A DNA stretch of 63,668 nucleotides, counting the filler, from Olpidium bornovanus S191 (taxonomy: Eukaryota; Fungi; Olpidiomycota), in NCBI GenBank assembly GCA_017911155.1. It is 33 parts of 33 records of this genome, joined end to end, with 100 filler letters (N's around TTAATTAATTAA, not from the genome) between each part and the next. Parts side by side here need not be neighbours in the genome. Positions count along the whole stretch, not along the records: positions 22,469 to 28,061 come from JAEFCI010005507.1; positions 28,162 to 29,522 come from JAEFCI010010113.1; positions 29,623 to 31,361 come from JAEFCI010000026.1; positions 31,462 to 32,944 come from JAEFCI010013162.1; positions 33,045 to 36,591 come from JAEFCI010011407.1; 28 more parts are not named here. The stretch is one strand, 5' to 3'. Under the pieces are notes generated by a model. That model had not been told where the DNA came from and searched no databases. It saw only the letters and a list, made by a program, of their open reading frames with translations. Positions 23,844 through 36,170 of this stretch are shown here, piece by piece (the stretch's first letter is position 1; every line of letters begins with the position of its first letter). Position numbers and translations under genes: made by a program.

Positions 23844-24519
23844 CAAATTGTCGACGGCTGCCTTCGGCGGCGGGGGAGGGGAGGGGGGGGAGGAGGGCGT
23901 GTGGAGGCGTCCTGCGCGTGGCCGGCATCGGAAGAGAAGTTTCGTCGGGGCGCACGCGCGTTGACGTGCGCAGGAGGAGAAAAGAAAAAAAAAACGGATA
24001 CCTCACGGAGAAAACCCGGTGAAGGCGTGGGGTTGGGAGGGCCTGGGGGGAAGGGGACGGTTGGCTCTCGCTTGCATTTTTTGTTGGGTTAGGAGAGAGA
24101 AAGAGTCACGCAGCGGCCTAAGAATAAATTTGTGAGAGAAGGAACGTCGGAAAGAGAGGCGGTGGCGCGTGGGAGAGAAGGGGCGGCGGGAATGTGGAGG
24201 AGGCACAAGGAGACGGGGCAAGGGGTAGGAGGAGGTGGCGGCGGCGGCGGAAGAGAGAGGGCGTCGGCCTGCCGCTCTCGCTGCTGTTCGCCGGCGGTGC
24301 CGGTGGCTGCGGCTGCTGCTGCTTGGGTGTTGTAATAACGCGCGCGACGGGGCGGCGAGAGAGCGCGCGCGGCGGCTCAAAACCCAAACGCGACGGGCCG
24401 CAGGCACGGAGAGAAGCGCGCCCGCGCCTTCTTCTCTCTCTCTTCCGCAGCTCACCCGAGGAGGAGAGCGAGAGAGAGAGCGCAGCTCTTTTGGGGAGGA
24501 CGGAAAAGGATCCGAGAAG

Positions 24520-24760
24520 GAGACCGACGGAGAGAAAGACGGAGACGGAAAGACGCAGAGTGAGACGGAGAGGGAGAGTGCAGAGAGAGAGCAGAGAGAG
24601 GCAGACAGACAGAGAGAGAGAGAAAGACAGACAGAGACAGACAGAGAGAGAGAGACAGGCAGAGACAGAGAGTGAGAGACAGAGTGGGGAAAAAAAAAAC
24701 CAGAGAAAAGACGAGAGTCAGAGAGACCGTGAGAGAGACTGAGAGAGGAAGTCAGAAGGG
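24520..24760. repeat. Degenerate (AG)n/AGAC purine-rich microsatellite
   Basis: Long GAGA/GACA low-complexity tract. Confidence 0.8.
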
Positions 24761-25635
24761 CTATAACAGCTGGCGGCTGGGGTGCTGGCTCGCCAACTGG
24801 CTGCCTGTCCGAACCCGTCTGCCTGCCTGTCTAGAAGGCGTTCGGGACCGCGCGCGCGCGCGAGAGAGAGAGAGCAGAGAGTGGCAAAGAGGCGGCCCAA
24901 GCGGACAACCGGAGACGGAGACAGGTACGTTATCCTGAACCTCCTCTTTCTCTCTCCTCCATCTCTCCACGCACCCCTCGTGTGCTACACATGGGGGATG
25001 ATCTTGGCTGCGCGGTCCTCCACCTGTTTTTGCTTCCGTCTCCCCTTCCTCCGCCGCGCACCCGCGCGCGCACGCACACGCACGGCCCGCCCCTTTTCAT
25101 GCCACCTACCCCTTTTAAGCTTTCTCTCCGCGACGCGGTGCTCGCTGTTTCCTTCTTTCAATTTGCTTCTACCGGCATTTTACTCCGGGGACCCCCGCCC
25201 CCCCGCCACTGCGCCACCCGTCACGCCCGCGTTCGACCGCTTGCCTTCGCTGCTCGTCGCCCGCTTCCGTGGCAACCCCGCGCCTTGCTGCGCAAAACCC
25301 GTCCCGGTCCGCCCCGCCGGCTTCCCCGACGCCCACCCTTCCCCCACCTGCCTCCCGTCGACGCGTCCGGCCCTGCTCGCTCGCGCTGCCCTTCTCGCCT
25401 CGGACTCTGGTGTGCACCGGGCGTCGTGGGTGGGGGTGGTGTGTGTGTGTGGGGGGGGCCGGTGGTGTTGATGCGTTACACGCAAACGTCCCTTTTTCCC
25501 GGACTTCGAAAACGAAAACGCAGAACGCTACTGCTATATCCGCATAATCCCTTTCTCTATCTCTCTTTATCTTTGTTCTGACCGGTTTTTTGTTCCTTGC
25601 GAGGTTTTGACTCGGTCAACGTCAATCTGTTCGGG

Positions 25636-27885
25636 ATGCCGGGGACGGTCGGGAGGGCGATCGGCCCCGCCGGCGCCGAGCGTGACCCGGAATCCGAAAG
25701 CGCGACGACGTTTGAGTCCGTCATGTCTCTGGCGGACGAGTTCGACTATGAGGTCATTGGCGACACTCTTGACCTCAGGAAGCCGAGGGTGAGTTGCGAT
25801 AATCCTGACCTCAGGAAGCCGTGGGCGAGTTGCGGTGCTATTGATAACTGGAGGCCAAAGGTGAGCACGAAAGCGTTTTCGACGACTTTGAGAGGTATTT
25901 AGTTCTGCGAATTCACCAAACAGGCGTCGACCAACGACGCCGCCGGCGGAGCGAAAATTGGCCGTGCCACCCCTGACGACCGACCTCTGGAATCCTTCTT
26001 GGACCGTCGTCCGAAGGCGGCTGACCAGAAGAATACGCCGCGTACGCCACGGCATGCGGCCAAGGATTTCCCAAAACACGTGTCCGCTGCCGCCGCCGTG
26101 GCCGAAAACGTTGACCGCTCGGACCACGCGGGCGAGAAAAATGTCAACCACGTCGAAAAATGCGGCGCTGGTCCTGTCGCTTCGCAGACCTTGTCGGACG
26201 AAGTGAAACCCGAAGTCCAGGCCCTGGCGATCGGGAATAGAACGGATAAAACCGAGGCCGAAAGTGTGCCGCCCGAAAATGGTCGCGGTCCCAGGGACAA
26301 GCAGAGTTCCGTCGGAGGCCGCCTATTCGCTGGGTGCCGCCGCTGGAAGTACGCCACGCCGCTCACTTGTCTGACGGCCATTCGCGACGGGGCCGCTTGC
26401 CTCCCCGGTTTTACGTTGCCCATACCCACGCCGCTGGCGTTGTACGCGACGCATTTCGCCCTTGTTCCAATCCTGGGAATACTGCTCCTACTTGGCGCGC
26501 AGATGTACCGCTGGGCCGCCGTGGCTCCCCCTGCTACCGAAGTCGTCTCATTGGTCGGCCGGGACGAGTTTGTTCCCATCACTGTCATCGCGATTTCTGC
26601 CCAGCGCGCTGTTCGCGAGAACGAGCAGCCAAAGGCGTTCCCGGTGGCACAGATCGATGATGCCGCCAGGCCGGCGCACTGGACGAGTTACGCCGATGGT
26701 CTACGGGAAGCGGCTCAGATCAATTTTCGGCATATTTGGACGTCGCTTGGCGCGGGAGAGTCGCAGTGGCTTCGAGAGGTGCTCCGGTATTTGGCACCGT
26801 TGAGCGGAGCCGGTCGAGACGCCGGCGACAAAGCTCTTGCCTGGGCCGCCGAAACAGGAAATGTGGCACGGCGCTGGACAAGAGAGAGCACGGAAACAGC
26901 GCGCGTGTATTACGAAGCGGTCAAGGAAGTGGCCGGCCGAATCGGCGGGGGGAGCGAGCAGCGAGAAAGAGGGGGGGCGCCCGTTGCCTGCGGGCCCGGT
27001 AACTACTTTGGCTCCGATCAGCTCTCGCAGGCGCTCTGGGACGCCGCCGCAGCGACGATCCGCAGGGCCGAGTGTTGGACGAGGTCCGCGGCGCGCGCGA
27101 CGAGAGACTACTATGAGGGCTGCCGGGATGCTTACGGGCTCTTTGCCGGCAGGCGCGACCACACCGATTGGGCCTTTGCAGTGTGGGGAGAGATCGCCAG
27201 CTACTTCCGAGCGAAGTCGGAGATGTTCGCGAACCTTCCGAGTGCACTGTACCGGCATTCCGAAAGAATTTGGTTTGCGGCGGCGAAGCCGGTAGTGAAC
27301 TGGGCTTCCCAGGTGGCTTCCGACCTGGAAAAGGCCAAACAGACCTTGCAGAAATGGAGGGGATGGGATCGCATTACGCTGAACGTATCTTCCTTAGCAG
27401 GGAAGTGGAATATCGGCAAGACGGTCTCGCGGGATTCGAAAGCGGTGCACGTCGAGAACGATGTCGGGAACCGGGAGGGCGCGCGCCCCGTGCTGGCCAG
27501 GTACACCCGGTGGATGGAGGCGCCGATCGCCACGATTCTGTCGGATCTGTCGCGCCGCTCGGCCGCGCAGCAGGTCGCCCGCGGCACGTCGTACCGGGTG
27601 CGGGAGTTCGCGGACGGCGCGCTCGCGCGCGTCCACCTCGGCAAAGAGTGGATGCGCCGCGTCTGGGCCCAAACGTTCGGCGCGACGGAAACGTCCCTGT
27701 CGGGCCCCGGCCGCCCAGCCCGCCGGCGGGAGCACGCGGGCGAAGGGAAAGGGCCGTTTGCGCGGACGCGACGGGAGAGCGGCAAGGGCCTCGGACCGGA
27801 AAACCCGGAACATCGGTCGAGGCGCGCCGCGTTCGCGGACGGCGTCCAGGCCGCGTTCGCTGCGATCGTCGGAGGCCTGTTCTGA
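25636..27885 (+). CDS. Hypothetical membrane-anchored protein, about 700 aa (short exon 1, exon 2 = 25903-27885)
   Basis: The 628-aa ORF stays open back to a tttag acceptor at 25902, with in-phase donors at 25789 and 25861. One hydrophobic segment: LALYATHFALVPILGILLLLGAQMY. No family recognised. Confidence 0.6.
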
Positions 27886-27970
27886 AAACGCGGGATCGCA
27901 AGGGCGGCGAGGGGGAGGGAGGGGGGGGGCATTTTCCAGCGAGCGGTGGTCAGGGAAACAGAGGGAACCC

Positions 27971-28002
<32 letters not shown>

Positions 28003-28780
28003 GAAGCAAATATCAGGGTGCGCGGCCGGGGCCTCGCCCCACGGGCCACCCGCGAAGGAACNNNNNNNNNNNNNNNNNNNNNNNNNNNNNNNNNNNNNNN
28101 NNNNNTTAATTAATTAANNNNNNNNNNNNNNNNNNNNNNNNNNNNNNNNNNNNNNNNNNNNCATGGTAAGCACATATAATTCGTCCATCTTCAAATATTC
28201 GATTACAGCTTTGTCTACGCACCTCGTAATACCACTCTCGAAACGGGAGGCTGCTGGTTATCGCGAGCCAGTTGCGGTGAACTTCAAAATCTGTGGATCG
28301 ACTTAACGGAGAACACGGGAGTCACGGTTCATCCCTGCTCTTCCCTTGACAAGTTTGGGTCTACGGTCCACGCACCAGGGACTCACTATGCGGGCACCAG
28401 TAGGAGCTTGACGATGACGCTGAGAGCAAGCATATTCCACTCGACGCCCGGTCGTCGCGATTCCATCCTGTGACGCGGTCCCGCGGGACTCCAAACGCCG
28501 TGCTTTCCTTGACCACAGTCTGGGTTTCCGAACGTCGCCTGCGCGTTCGAAAGAGGGAGCGAGACGGCGCAAGCCCGCTACGCCGGAGATGTCGCGATGC
28601 GCAAACTCGGTGACTCGATTCGGCCGGTGCACGACGAACACTGGGAGGGGTATCGTCTTTCCGATCGGGATCGATAGTCCCCCAGCGCGTCGACGTGGGA
28701 CAGTCGGCGTCCAAAGTTGTCGTCTCGAGAGTCCCGCTCTGGCAGCCGGACACTCCCACGCGTTCTCCCGGCCTGTCCTT

Positions 28781-28819
<39 letters not shown>

Positions 28820-29622
28820 CTTTTTCCCTTCGTCTCCGCAGCCGGGAGAAAGTAGGCGGCGAGCCTACGAAACCTCGTGGGGGGAAGACAGGTAACAACC
28901 GACAACGGCGGTCCTGCGGCTCGCGGACAACGCACACTCCCGCCTCCTCCCCGCTTTCCACGTCGTGTCCCGCGTCCCTCTCCCTATGCGGTCTGCCGCT
29001 GCCTGACGGCGACGCCGCACCGGACCCGAACTTCTTTCCGCCTGTTTCCACCCGCGCAGGCGACCCACCCACTGCCGCAGACGGCATCGCCACCCTCGGC
29101 CTACCTCAGCAATATACCTCCGCTGTTTTTGGTTCCTTGGATCACGGTCTCCGATCCCTCTCTTCCGTCTCCGTCGCGTACGCCCTTCCCTTTTCGCCTT
29201 GTTATTCCGCTTTGCCAGGTTGCGACCGCCTCCAGAATGCGCCACCACCAAGCGGGTACCGTTGATGCGCAGGCCACCGCGGCCCCTGCTGGTCCAGGAT
29301 TACGGCTTTGCACGCTGGCTTTCCGAATAGTAGGACGCTCAAGAATGCAGGTACCGCAATCTCGTCACATAGCGCTACTTTCCAGAAAACCCCATGCATA
29401 AACCATGAACAGTTGCTGTCCGTACCGTTCGGCGAGGTCGGTAAATTAAGATGAACTCTAAAACTAGTCCGCCGGGCCAACAAGGACTCCGGGCAAGGAG
29501 GTCGACGCAGAGAAACTTGTGANNNNNNNNNNNNNNNNNNNNNNNNNNNNNNNNNNNNNNNNNNNNTTAATTAATTAANNNNNNNNNNNNNNNNNNNNNN
29601 NNNNNNNNNNNNNNNNNNNNNN

Positions 29623-31141
29623 CATGTACAAAGGGATGAACCCCCGTCAAACCGCCGCCGCCCTCCTCCAGAGGGCGTCGTAGGAGTCCGGCGCTTCGGT
29701 GTACACGACTAGGTAAACGGCCCTTTTGGCCGATTGCGGCACTGTGATTGTGAATCGGCCGTTTCCGAACCGACGTAGGGCGTCGTGCGCTTCGCATCCG
29801 GCCCGAGCCGCCTGTGGCAAAGACGTCGGCCAGTCCTCTAGGACCGCTGAACGGCACGGCACCTCGAGGACCAGCGGGACCGAGTCCGCCGCCACGGTGA
29901 CATGGTAATCGCGCCTGGTGGGTGACGCTGAGACTGTGAGCACGCCGCGGCCCAGCGAGGACCAGTACTCTGGGTCGTCGCAGAGGACGTACAGCTTGCA
30001 CCGGCTCTCCATCAAGCAAACGCGCCCGGCAGGCGACGCCTTTGCTAGTGGAAAGAACGTCGTCGTCGTCGAGTAGGGTGAGCCAGGCACGAACGGACAC
30101 GAAAGCGCCTGCTCCGCGCCTTCCACCGGGGCCGAGCAGAGGATGTGGAGCGTGGAGCTGTCACCGCTTGCTCGATGAAGCTCCCCCCCCCGAAGACGGA
30201 AGCGAGGGGAGAGGCGGGTCTGCCCTCTGCCCCGAGGGCAGCCTGGAACAGTCCTCAAGGTTTCCCGTCGTGCCCTCTGTCGCTAGGGTGGCGAGGACGA
30301 CCTGGCCCCGTACACTTTCGAACAGGTTTCGTGCGTCCGCCTCCGAACCGCACTCGATCATATACCGGGCCGTGCGGCCGCCGTTTAGCGCGAACCAAAC
30401 CAACACGGTGGCCGGCTCCTTAATCGCCGCTTCGGTGGACGGCTGGATCCAGGCGTTGAGAATCTGTCGTTCGTTTTCGCTATCGTCGTCCTGGTCATTA
30501 GCCACGGAATCCCGACCCGGCCGGTGTGCCGTTGTGACGACGCTAGCGTTGAACTGGGAGGATCTCCAACTGTCAAACGCCAAAGAAACATCGTTTGCGT
30601 CCGCTTCCCGCTGAACCTGCGTTTCCTCCTTCGGGCTTTGATTGACGGTGGCGACCAAGCACGCCCGTCCGACAGCCGTTCGCTTCACCTCGACTCGGCT
30701 TTCTCCGCCCTTGAAGGTCTGCCACACCGGTTCCCGCCACACGCTGACAGCGCAGTTCCCCGTCCGGCACACGAGGCCGACGATGGAGTTATTCGCGGAC
30801 ATTCGGGTGACCTCGGCGGCCGGTGCGAGTGGCGTGGCCTGCGAGGACGGCCGCGGTAGGGGGGGACCGAGGCAACCTGGCAATGACACAGGCATCGAAA
30901 CGACCATCGAGCGCGAGAACGCTGGCGTCGACCTCTGTTCGCCGCTGCCTCCTTTCGCGTTGAAAAGGCGTGTCATCAACGGAAACGTTGCGGACAGTGG
31001 GGGGACGAGCAGGTCTGTCGACTTCACCGCTGTGGTCGTCAAAGCCGAAGAGAGGCTTGGTGAAGAAACCACGCGGTGTTGGAATAGCGCAGGTGGTTTA
31101 GCAGCGAAAATTTCTGGCTTGGACTTCTGATTATAAAGCAT
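29623..31141 (-). CDS. Protein with two PH-like (EVH1/RanBD superfamily) domains, partial
   Basis: CAVSVWREPVWQTF...RYMIECGSEADARNLFESV and CKLYVLCDDPEYWSSLGRGVLTVS show the beta-sandwich plus terminal helix pattern of PH-like folds. Confidence 0.4.
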
Positions 31142-33044
31142 GCGATGGAACTATCAGTTATCGCAATATGTCTTGCCAGAAAATTTGATTCTGTTGGCAA
31201 CGGCTCTTCCACACTCCTGTGCTTACTGCGTCTTTTCTGCCATGCAAGATCGCCTTCTTCATTCCCGTTATCCACCCTCCCCCCCCGGCGTTCTTGCGAG
31301 AAGCCGCCTTGAGGGAACCGTCATTCTCGTCGCAGCGCCCGTCGCCGCCGTCCGAGTGCCGNNNNNNNNNNNNNNNNNNNNNNNNNNNNNNNNNNNNNNN
31401 NNNNNTTAATTAATTAANNNNNNNNNNNNNNNNNNNNNNNNNNNNNNNNNNNNNNNNNNNNTCCTCGGTTTCCGAACGGCAATATGAGGCATCGGGAGGG
31501 ACGGCAACTCAACGGTCGTCCGAGAATTCCGCCGTTACAAAGAGAAACGTGGAATCCCTGCATCGATCGTCGGAAGCCATGAAGTAGTTGACAAGCCTAA
31601 GATCCGAGCTTTCGAGCTAAACGTACGAGCCCACCGGAAGTAGCTTGGCTTCGCTCTGGAGCCTTTCTGAAAGCGCCGACTTAACTATTTGGCTGTGATC
31701 CGGGACCGCAAGCAGGATTTCCGTTCAGTGCGGCGAGCTTGGCCTCTTTCACGTCTCGATCGCGCGCTGCCGAGCGGCAGGCGAGCGTTTCGATGTTTCG
31801 AGAATCAGGACCTGAACCAGAACAGTCGGCCGAGCATGAAGCTCAAGCGCAAACGCCGGACGTGGAGCGGCGTTAAGAGGAATTTCGACGAATTGCAAGC
31901 AGCTCAGGACGCGAGCGAATGACCAAAGAGGACAAGCAGCCGGACGTGGTATCGCGATTCGACGAGGCGAGGCGGTTGCTTGGCAAGCTGCGTGATCAAG
32001 CTGACGACCCTTACGAAGTTTTTTCTCAAGCTTACGGCAGCTGGGCGATGCTTCGTGACGACGAAGAATATATACCGCCCGTCCAACCGCAGTTTCTGCA
32101 GACGTCGCCGGCAGCGGCAGGAGTGGCCGGCGGTGTCCAAAATTATGGGACGCACTCAGCGGCTCGGAATCCACCTTACCACTTCGGGATTGCGGCAAGT
32201 CCTTTGTTGGATCGGGAACTCAGGACATAAAACCGCCCAGTACCGGCGTGGATGTACATCAGCCGGGCGAAATTCCATCGCTTCAGACGTCTCACGTCCT
32301 TGGTGTGACAGAGCGGGACCCCCGATCGTCAAGGCCACATGAACAAGCAGGGGGCGGCATGGCACTTGACGCTACGCCCGGGACACCGCGCTCCAGACTC
32401 GCTTCCGATTGGCAAATTCAACCTGCGCTCCACATGAGCCTGGAACAGCAACGTGGCGCAGTGGAGCTCACAAAGATCGAGGAAAGAACCGGGGTGGCGG
32501 ATCATTCAACCACAGCTCCACCTTCGCTTCTCGGGCAAAGAGCTGGGGTGTTTTTTTTAAAGAACTCTCGAAAGCCGCCGAAGCGGGCTTGGAAACACGA
32601 CAGCAGAATCTGAGACACTCAGCGGGGATCATTGGAGATGGCGATGAGGCGCGCTTAGCCCTTCTGCCCACGTCCACGAGCCGCCTCACCCCAGGCATGA
32701 GATACACAAAGCTTGCGCCGAACTTGTCTGCGGCCTAGTCTAGGACGCGGTGAGGGCTTTCATGCTGTCACGACGGCTCCGGAAAGCAGGCTGGCGCCAG
32801 CCTGGAGGCAGGCCCGGCAGTTACATGAGCTGGCTCCACATTCCCATATCGCCATTTCTGGTCACTAAACAGGGCGCAGAACGTCCCCTTCGAGACGGAT
32901 TTGCCAGGATGCATTTGCAACGGGCATTGAACACGGCGAAGGAANNNNNNNNNNNNNNNNNNNNNNNNNNNNNNNNNNNNNNNNNNNNTTAATTAATTAA
33001 NNNNNNNNNNNNNNNNNNNNNNNNNNNNNNNNNNNNNNNNNNNN

Positions 33045-34539
33045 ATGGAAAACCCCGGTGGCATCCCCGCCGTCGACGCAGCGCTTCTCGGACAGGTCTG
33101 CTATGACTCGGGCCACGTCCGAGACTGTCGGCACCGGCCGCGCTTTTCAGCAAACAGAAACATGGCGCTCTCCCCGATGCGCGCGTCCGCGAAGCCTTTC
33201 CGGTTAAACGTACCGTTCGTGGGATACCGGATAGCGTAGTCGTCCATCTTCACGGGCGCACGCTTCTGTCGGCGGATTCACCAAAAGGCATAATTGACAA
33301 ATCGCGGACAAAAAAAGCTTGTAGATTGACGGCAGCGTGCGGCGAGCGCGTGCGGACTACCTTCACCGCAGTAATCAGGATGTTGACCGCAGACTCGTCT
33401 TCCGATTCCGCCTCCCCGTAGAGTACCGGGACCCGGAGCACGGCGGCGTTCGCGTGCGCGCGCAAAACGGCTTCCTCCCCGCGGAGCTTGCTCAGACCGT
33501 AAAAATTCAGCGGGTTCGGTTTCGCATCCACCTCGTACGGGGCATTCTGAAAAATCGGGAAGCAAAACGTCGGAAAGGAAGGTATCAGACGGTCAGATTC
33601 GAGGAAGGTCGAGAAGGGGGTGCGGCGCATAAAAGCGGAGTGGAACGAAAGCGGCCACGCCCGGTCTCTCCGGAGACGAGGTACCTCACCTTGCCATCGA
33701 AGACGTAATCCGTCGATATGTATATCAAAAACGTCTTCTTGGAAGAGCCCGCGCAGATTTCCGCCAGGCTTTCCGGAACCGCAACGTTAAGCTGGAACGC
33801 CCCCCACACACCCACGCCGCGAGTTTCTCAGCGCGCTGACGTCCGCGTACAGATTCAGATTCTCCTTCCCGAAGGGCTTGCTACCTTTAACACGTCGTCG
33901 CGACGGTTTTCGCACACGTCCGGGCGCCGTTCCGCTGCGCAGTGGACGAGTACTGCGAAAACCCGACGGCTTGAGCCGCGGAGCGACGAGCTTCCGAACC
34001 GGGGCGGGCCACAAAGCACAAACAAGCGTACCGTCGGGGCTGACACTGTTGACGAGCTCCTTGACGGCTTCACGGTCCGTCAGGTCGAACCGCACCAGGG
34101 GATGTCTGGGGCGGGAAAGCGCAAGGCCGACAACTGCGGGGATCGGCCGAAGACAGGCGGCCAAAAAAAAAAAAAAAAAAAAAAATGACGGAATTTGGAT
34201 TCGCGTCCACGGCCGGCGGCGCGTTTTGACAAAAACGAAGGAAAACGACGGCATTTTGGGTCCTGCGAATTTTTTTAACGGGAGGTGCAACGTACCGTTG
34301 TGGTGCCGGCGCTCGAACTCATTGAAACCCGCTCTGCCGAGCAAGCCGCTGGATCAAAAAGCGGACGATTTCGATTTTAATAACCCCCCCCCCCCCGCCC
34401 CCAACCCTCCTCCCGCCCGCGCTCCACTCTCCCTCCTCTCCATTCCCTCCCCCTCCCCCGCAATAAAAGCGCTCGGGAGCAACCTGGCGCCAGTCACGAG
34501 GACGGTAAGCCGCGCCGAGTCCGAGAGCGGCGGCGCCAT
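33045..34539 (-). CDS. MAT2B / RmlD-like (dTDP-4-dehydrorhamnose reductase family) SDR, 3' truncated, multi-exon
   Basis: TVLVTG..GRA, DLTD, VHCAAERRPDVCE, LNV, LIYISTDYVFDG, PYEVDAKPNPLNFYGLSKLRGE (YxxxK), LRVPVLYG, DDYAIRYPTN, DVARVI. Confidence 0.92.
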
Positions 34540-35329
34540 CACGCCCCGCCCACAAACGCGTCAAAAAGAGCTGGTGGGAGCGGCGTGTCGGGGAAGGGCG
34601 GGGCGGGCGTTTTCCCGGCGTGCGGAGATTTGACGGCTTGGGTGTGGCGTCGGCCAAGGGTGTCGCGTAAACAGGCTCAAATACCGACGGAGAGTGCACG
34701 GATGCGAAGACAAGAAGGCGAAAGAGCGGAGTGAAGGTGAAGCAGAAGCGGAAGGTGAAGCAGAGCTTTGTTTTCTTGTTTACTTCCACGAAACTATAGG
34801 ACGCCCATCCAGTCTATTTACTACTAGCCCTTTTATGGCGCGGAAGGGCTGCAGGGAAAGGGGGGGGGAGGGGGAGGGGGAGGTTCTTTTCGCACTTGTG
34901 CTGCGCCTGCATTCTCTGATTCCCCACCTCATTAGGCGAGAAAAGAAAATTGTATATTCATAGAGCTACCTGTCCTTCGTGGTCGCGCCAAATTTCTTTC
35001 TTTTATCCGCCTCTTAGAAACTTTTCTTCCCGGGAAAAACGCAATGCCCTTTTCAGGCTTTTCGCACCCCTTGAGCATCTCCTAGAATTTTGTGAATGTC
35101 ACCTTCTCCAGAGGTTTGGTGATTATGTCCGCGGGATTTTGCAGATGCCATTCACTCAATGGCAATCACTTTGTCCGCGATGCATTTGCGGAGATGGTGG
35201 TACCGAACGTCGATATGCCTTTCAGCGTGCTGACATCCTTTGCTGGTTATATGATACCTTCGCTCGTTTTATGGTACCATTGTTGTTTATGTACAGCTTC
35301 GTCTCCTCTTTGAACGCCGGTCCCGTCTA

Positions 35330-36170
35330 TTGCCTCGAGGACCGATCAAAGCCATAGGGTTTCTTGCCCGGCCATCGATCCTGACACGTTTTGTGACACA
35401 CTCCGGGTCGCACTCACACAAGGAACCGCTGGCTTTTTGGAAAATTTGCAGATGTTGGTTAAACTTGGTAGGAAGGAAATCCTACCAAGTTTCATCTGCA
35501 CCACCTGGTGTCGGGCGTTCATATGCAAAGAAATTAGTAGATCATCAAGGTTTCAGTAAGGATGTGAGAAAATTCATTAGCCACAATGAATATCACGATA
35601 TTGACACTGTAAATTGTCACCCTGTAATCCTTTGTCAACTATTTGCAATGTGTGACATTGCTGTTCCTGGAAGACTTTCTGAATATTGTAAAGACAGAGA
35701 CACCATTACTCAAAAGTACAATTTCAAAAAAGAAGACCTACTTATTTGTATAAGCAAAGATACCTTTAAATCATTCATTGCTTTTTTTATCAAATGTAAA
35801 TAACGCAATTTATTCTTTACTTGTGCCAGCATTAAAAACAACACCGGCATTATTTGGCCATATTTTGGAATATGTATCATCTGTGAGGTCGAGGTCATTG
35901 GAGTGGCTAGTTTGTCCTTCACTGGCTAAACAAGATATTACAAAGAAAAACCAAAATGGAGAGTTTGTTGCACTTGTGTGTCAAACAATCGAGAACTTGA
36001 TTTTGTTATATACCAGTTCTTTGTAGATGAGGGTTTTGATGTACTAGTATTTGATGGTGTTATGATTAAAAAAAGAAAACAAGTTATCTTTTTCCATTCT
36101 TGAGAAATGTTTTGAAAAAGTGTTAGAAGAAACGAATCTTAACATTACCCTGGCTGAAAAAGGCCTGTGA
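35330..36170 (+). pseudogene. TV-Pol (transposon-viral family-A DNA polymerase/primase-like), frameshifted relic
   Basis: In order across frames: GRSYAK..QGFSKDVRKFI..YHDIDTVNCHPVILCQL (motif A, 35597-35623), LSEYCKDRD, NGEFVALVCQTIENLIL (about 35955-36005), DEGFDVLVFDGVMI (motif C, FDG at 36050-36058), LEKCFEKVLEETNLNITLAEK. Intronless and AT-rich. Confidence 0.8.

Noticed and set aside
31836-32230. ATGA stop-start overlap at 31919-31922 suggesting an operon or viral coupling
   Set aside because: Equally explained by a single indel in one gene. No recognisable domain and no other prokaryotic or viral features on the contig.
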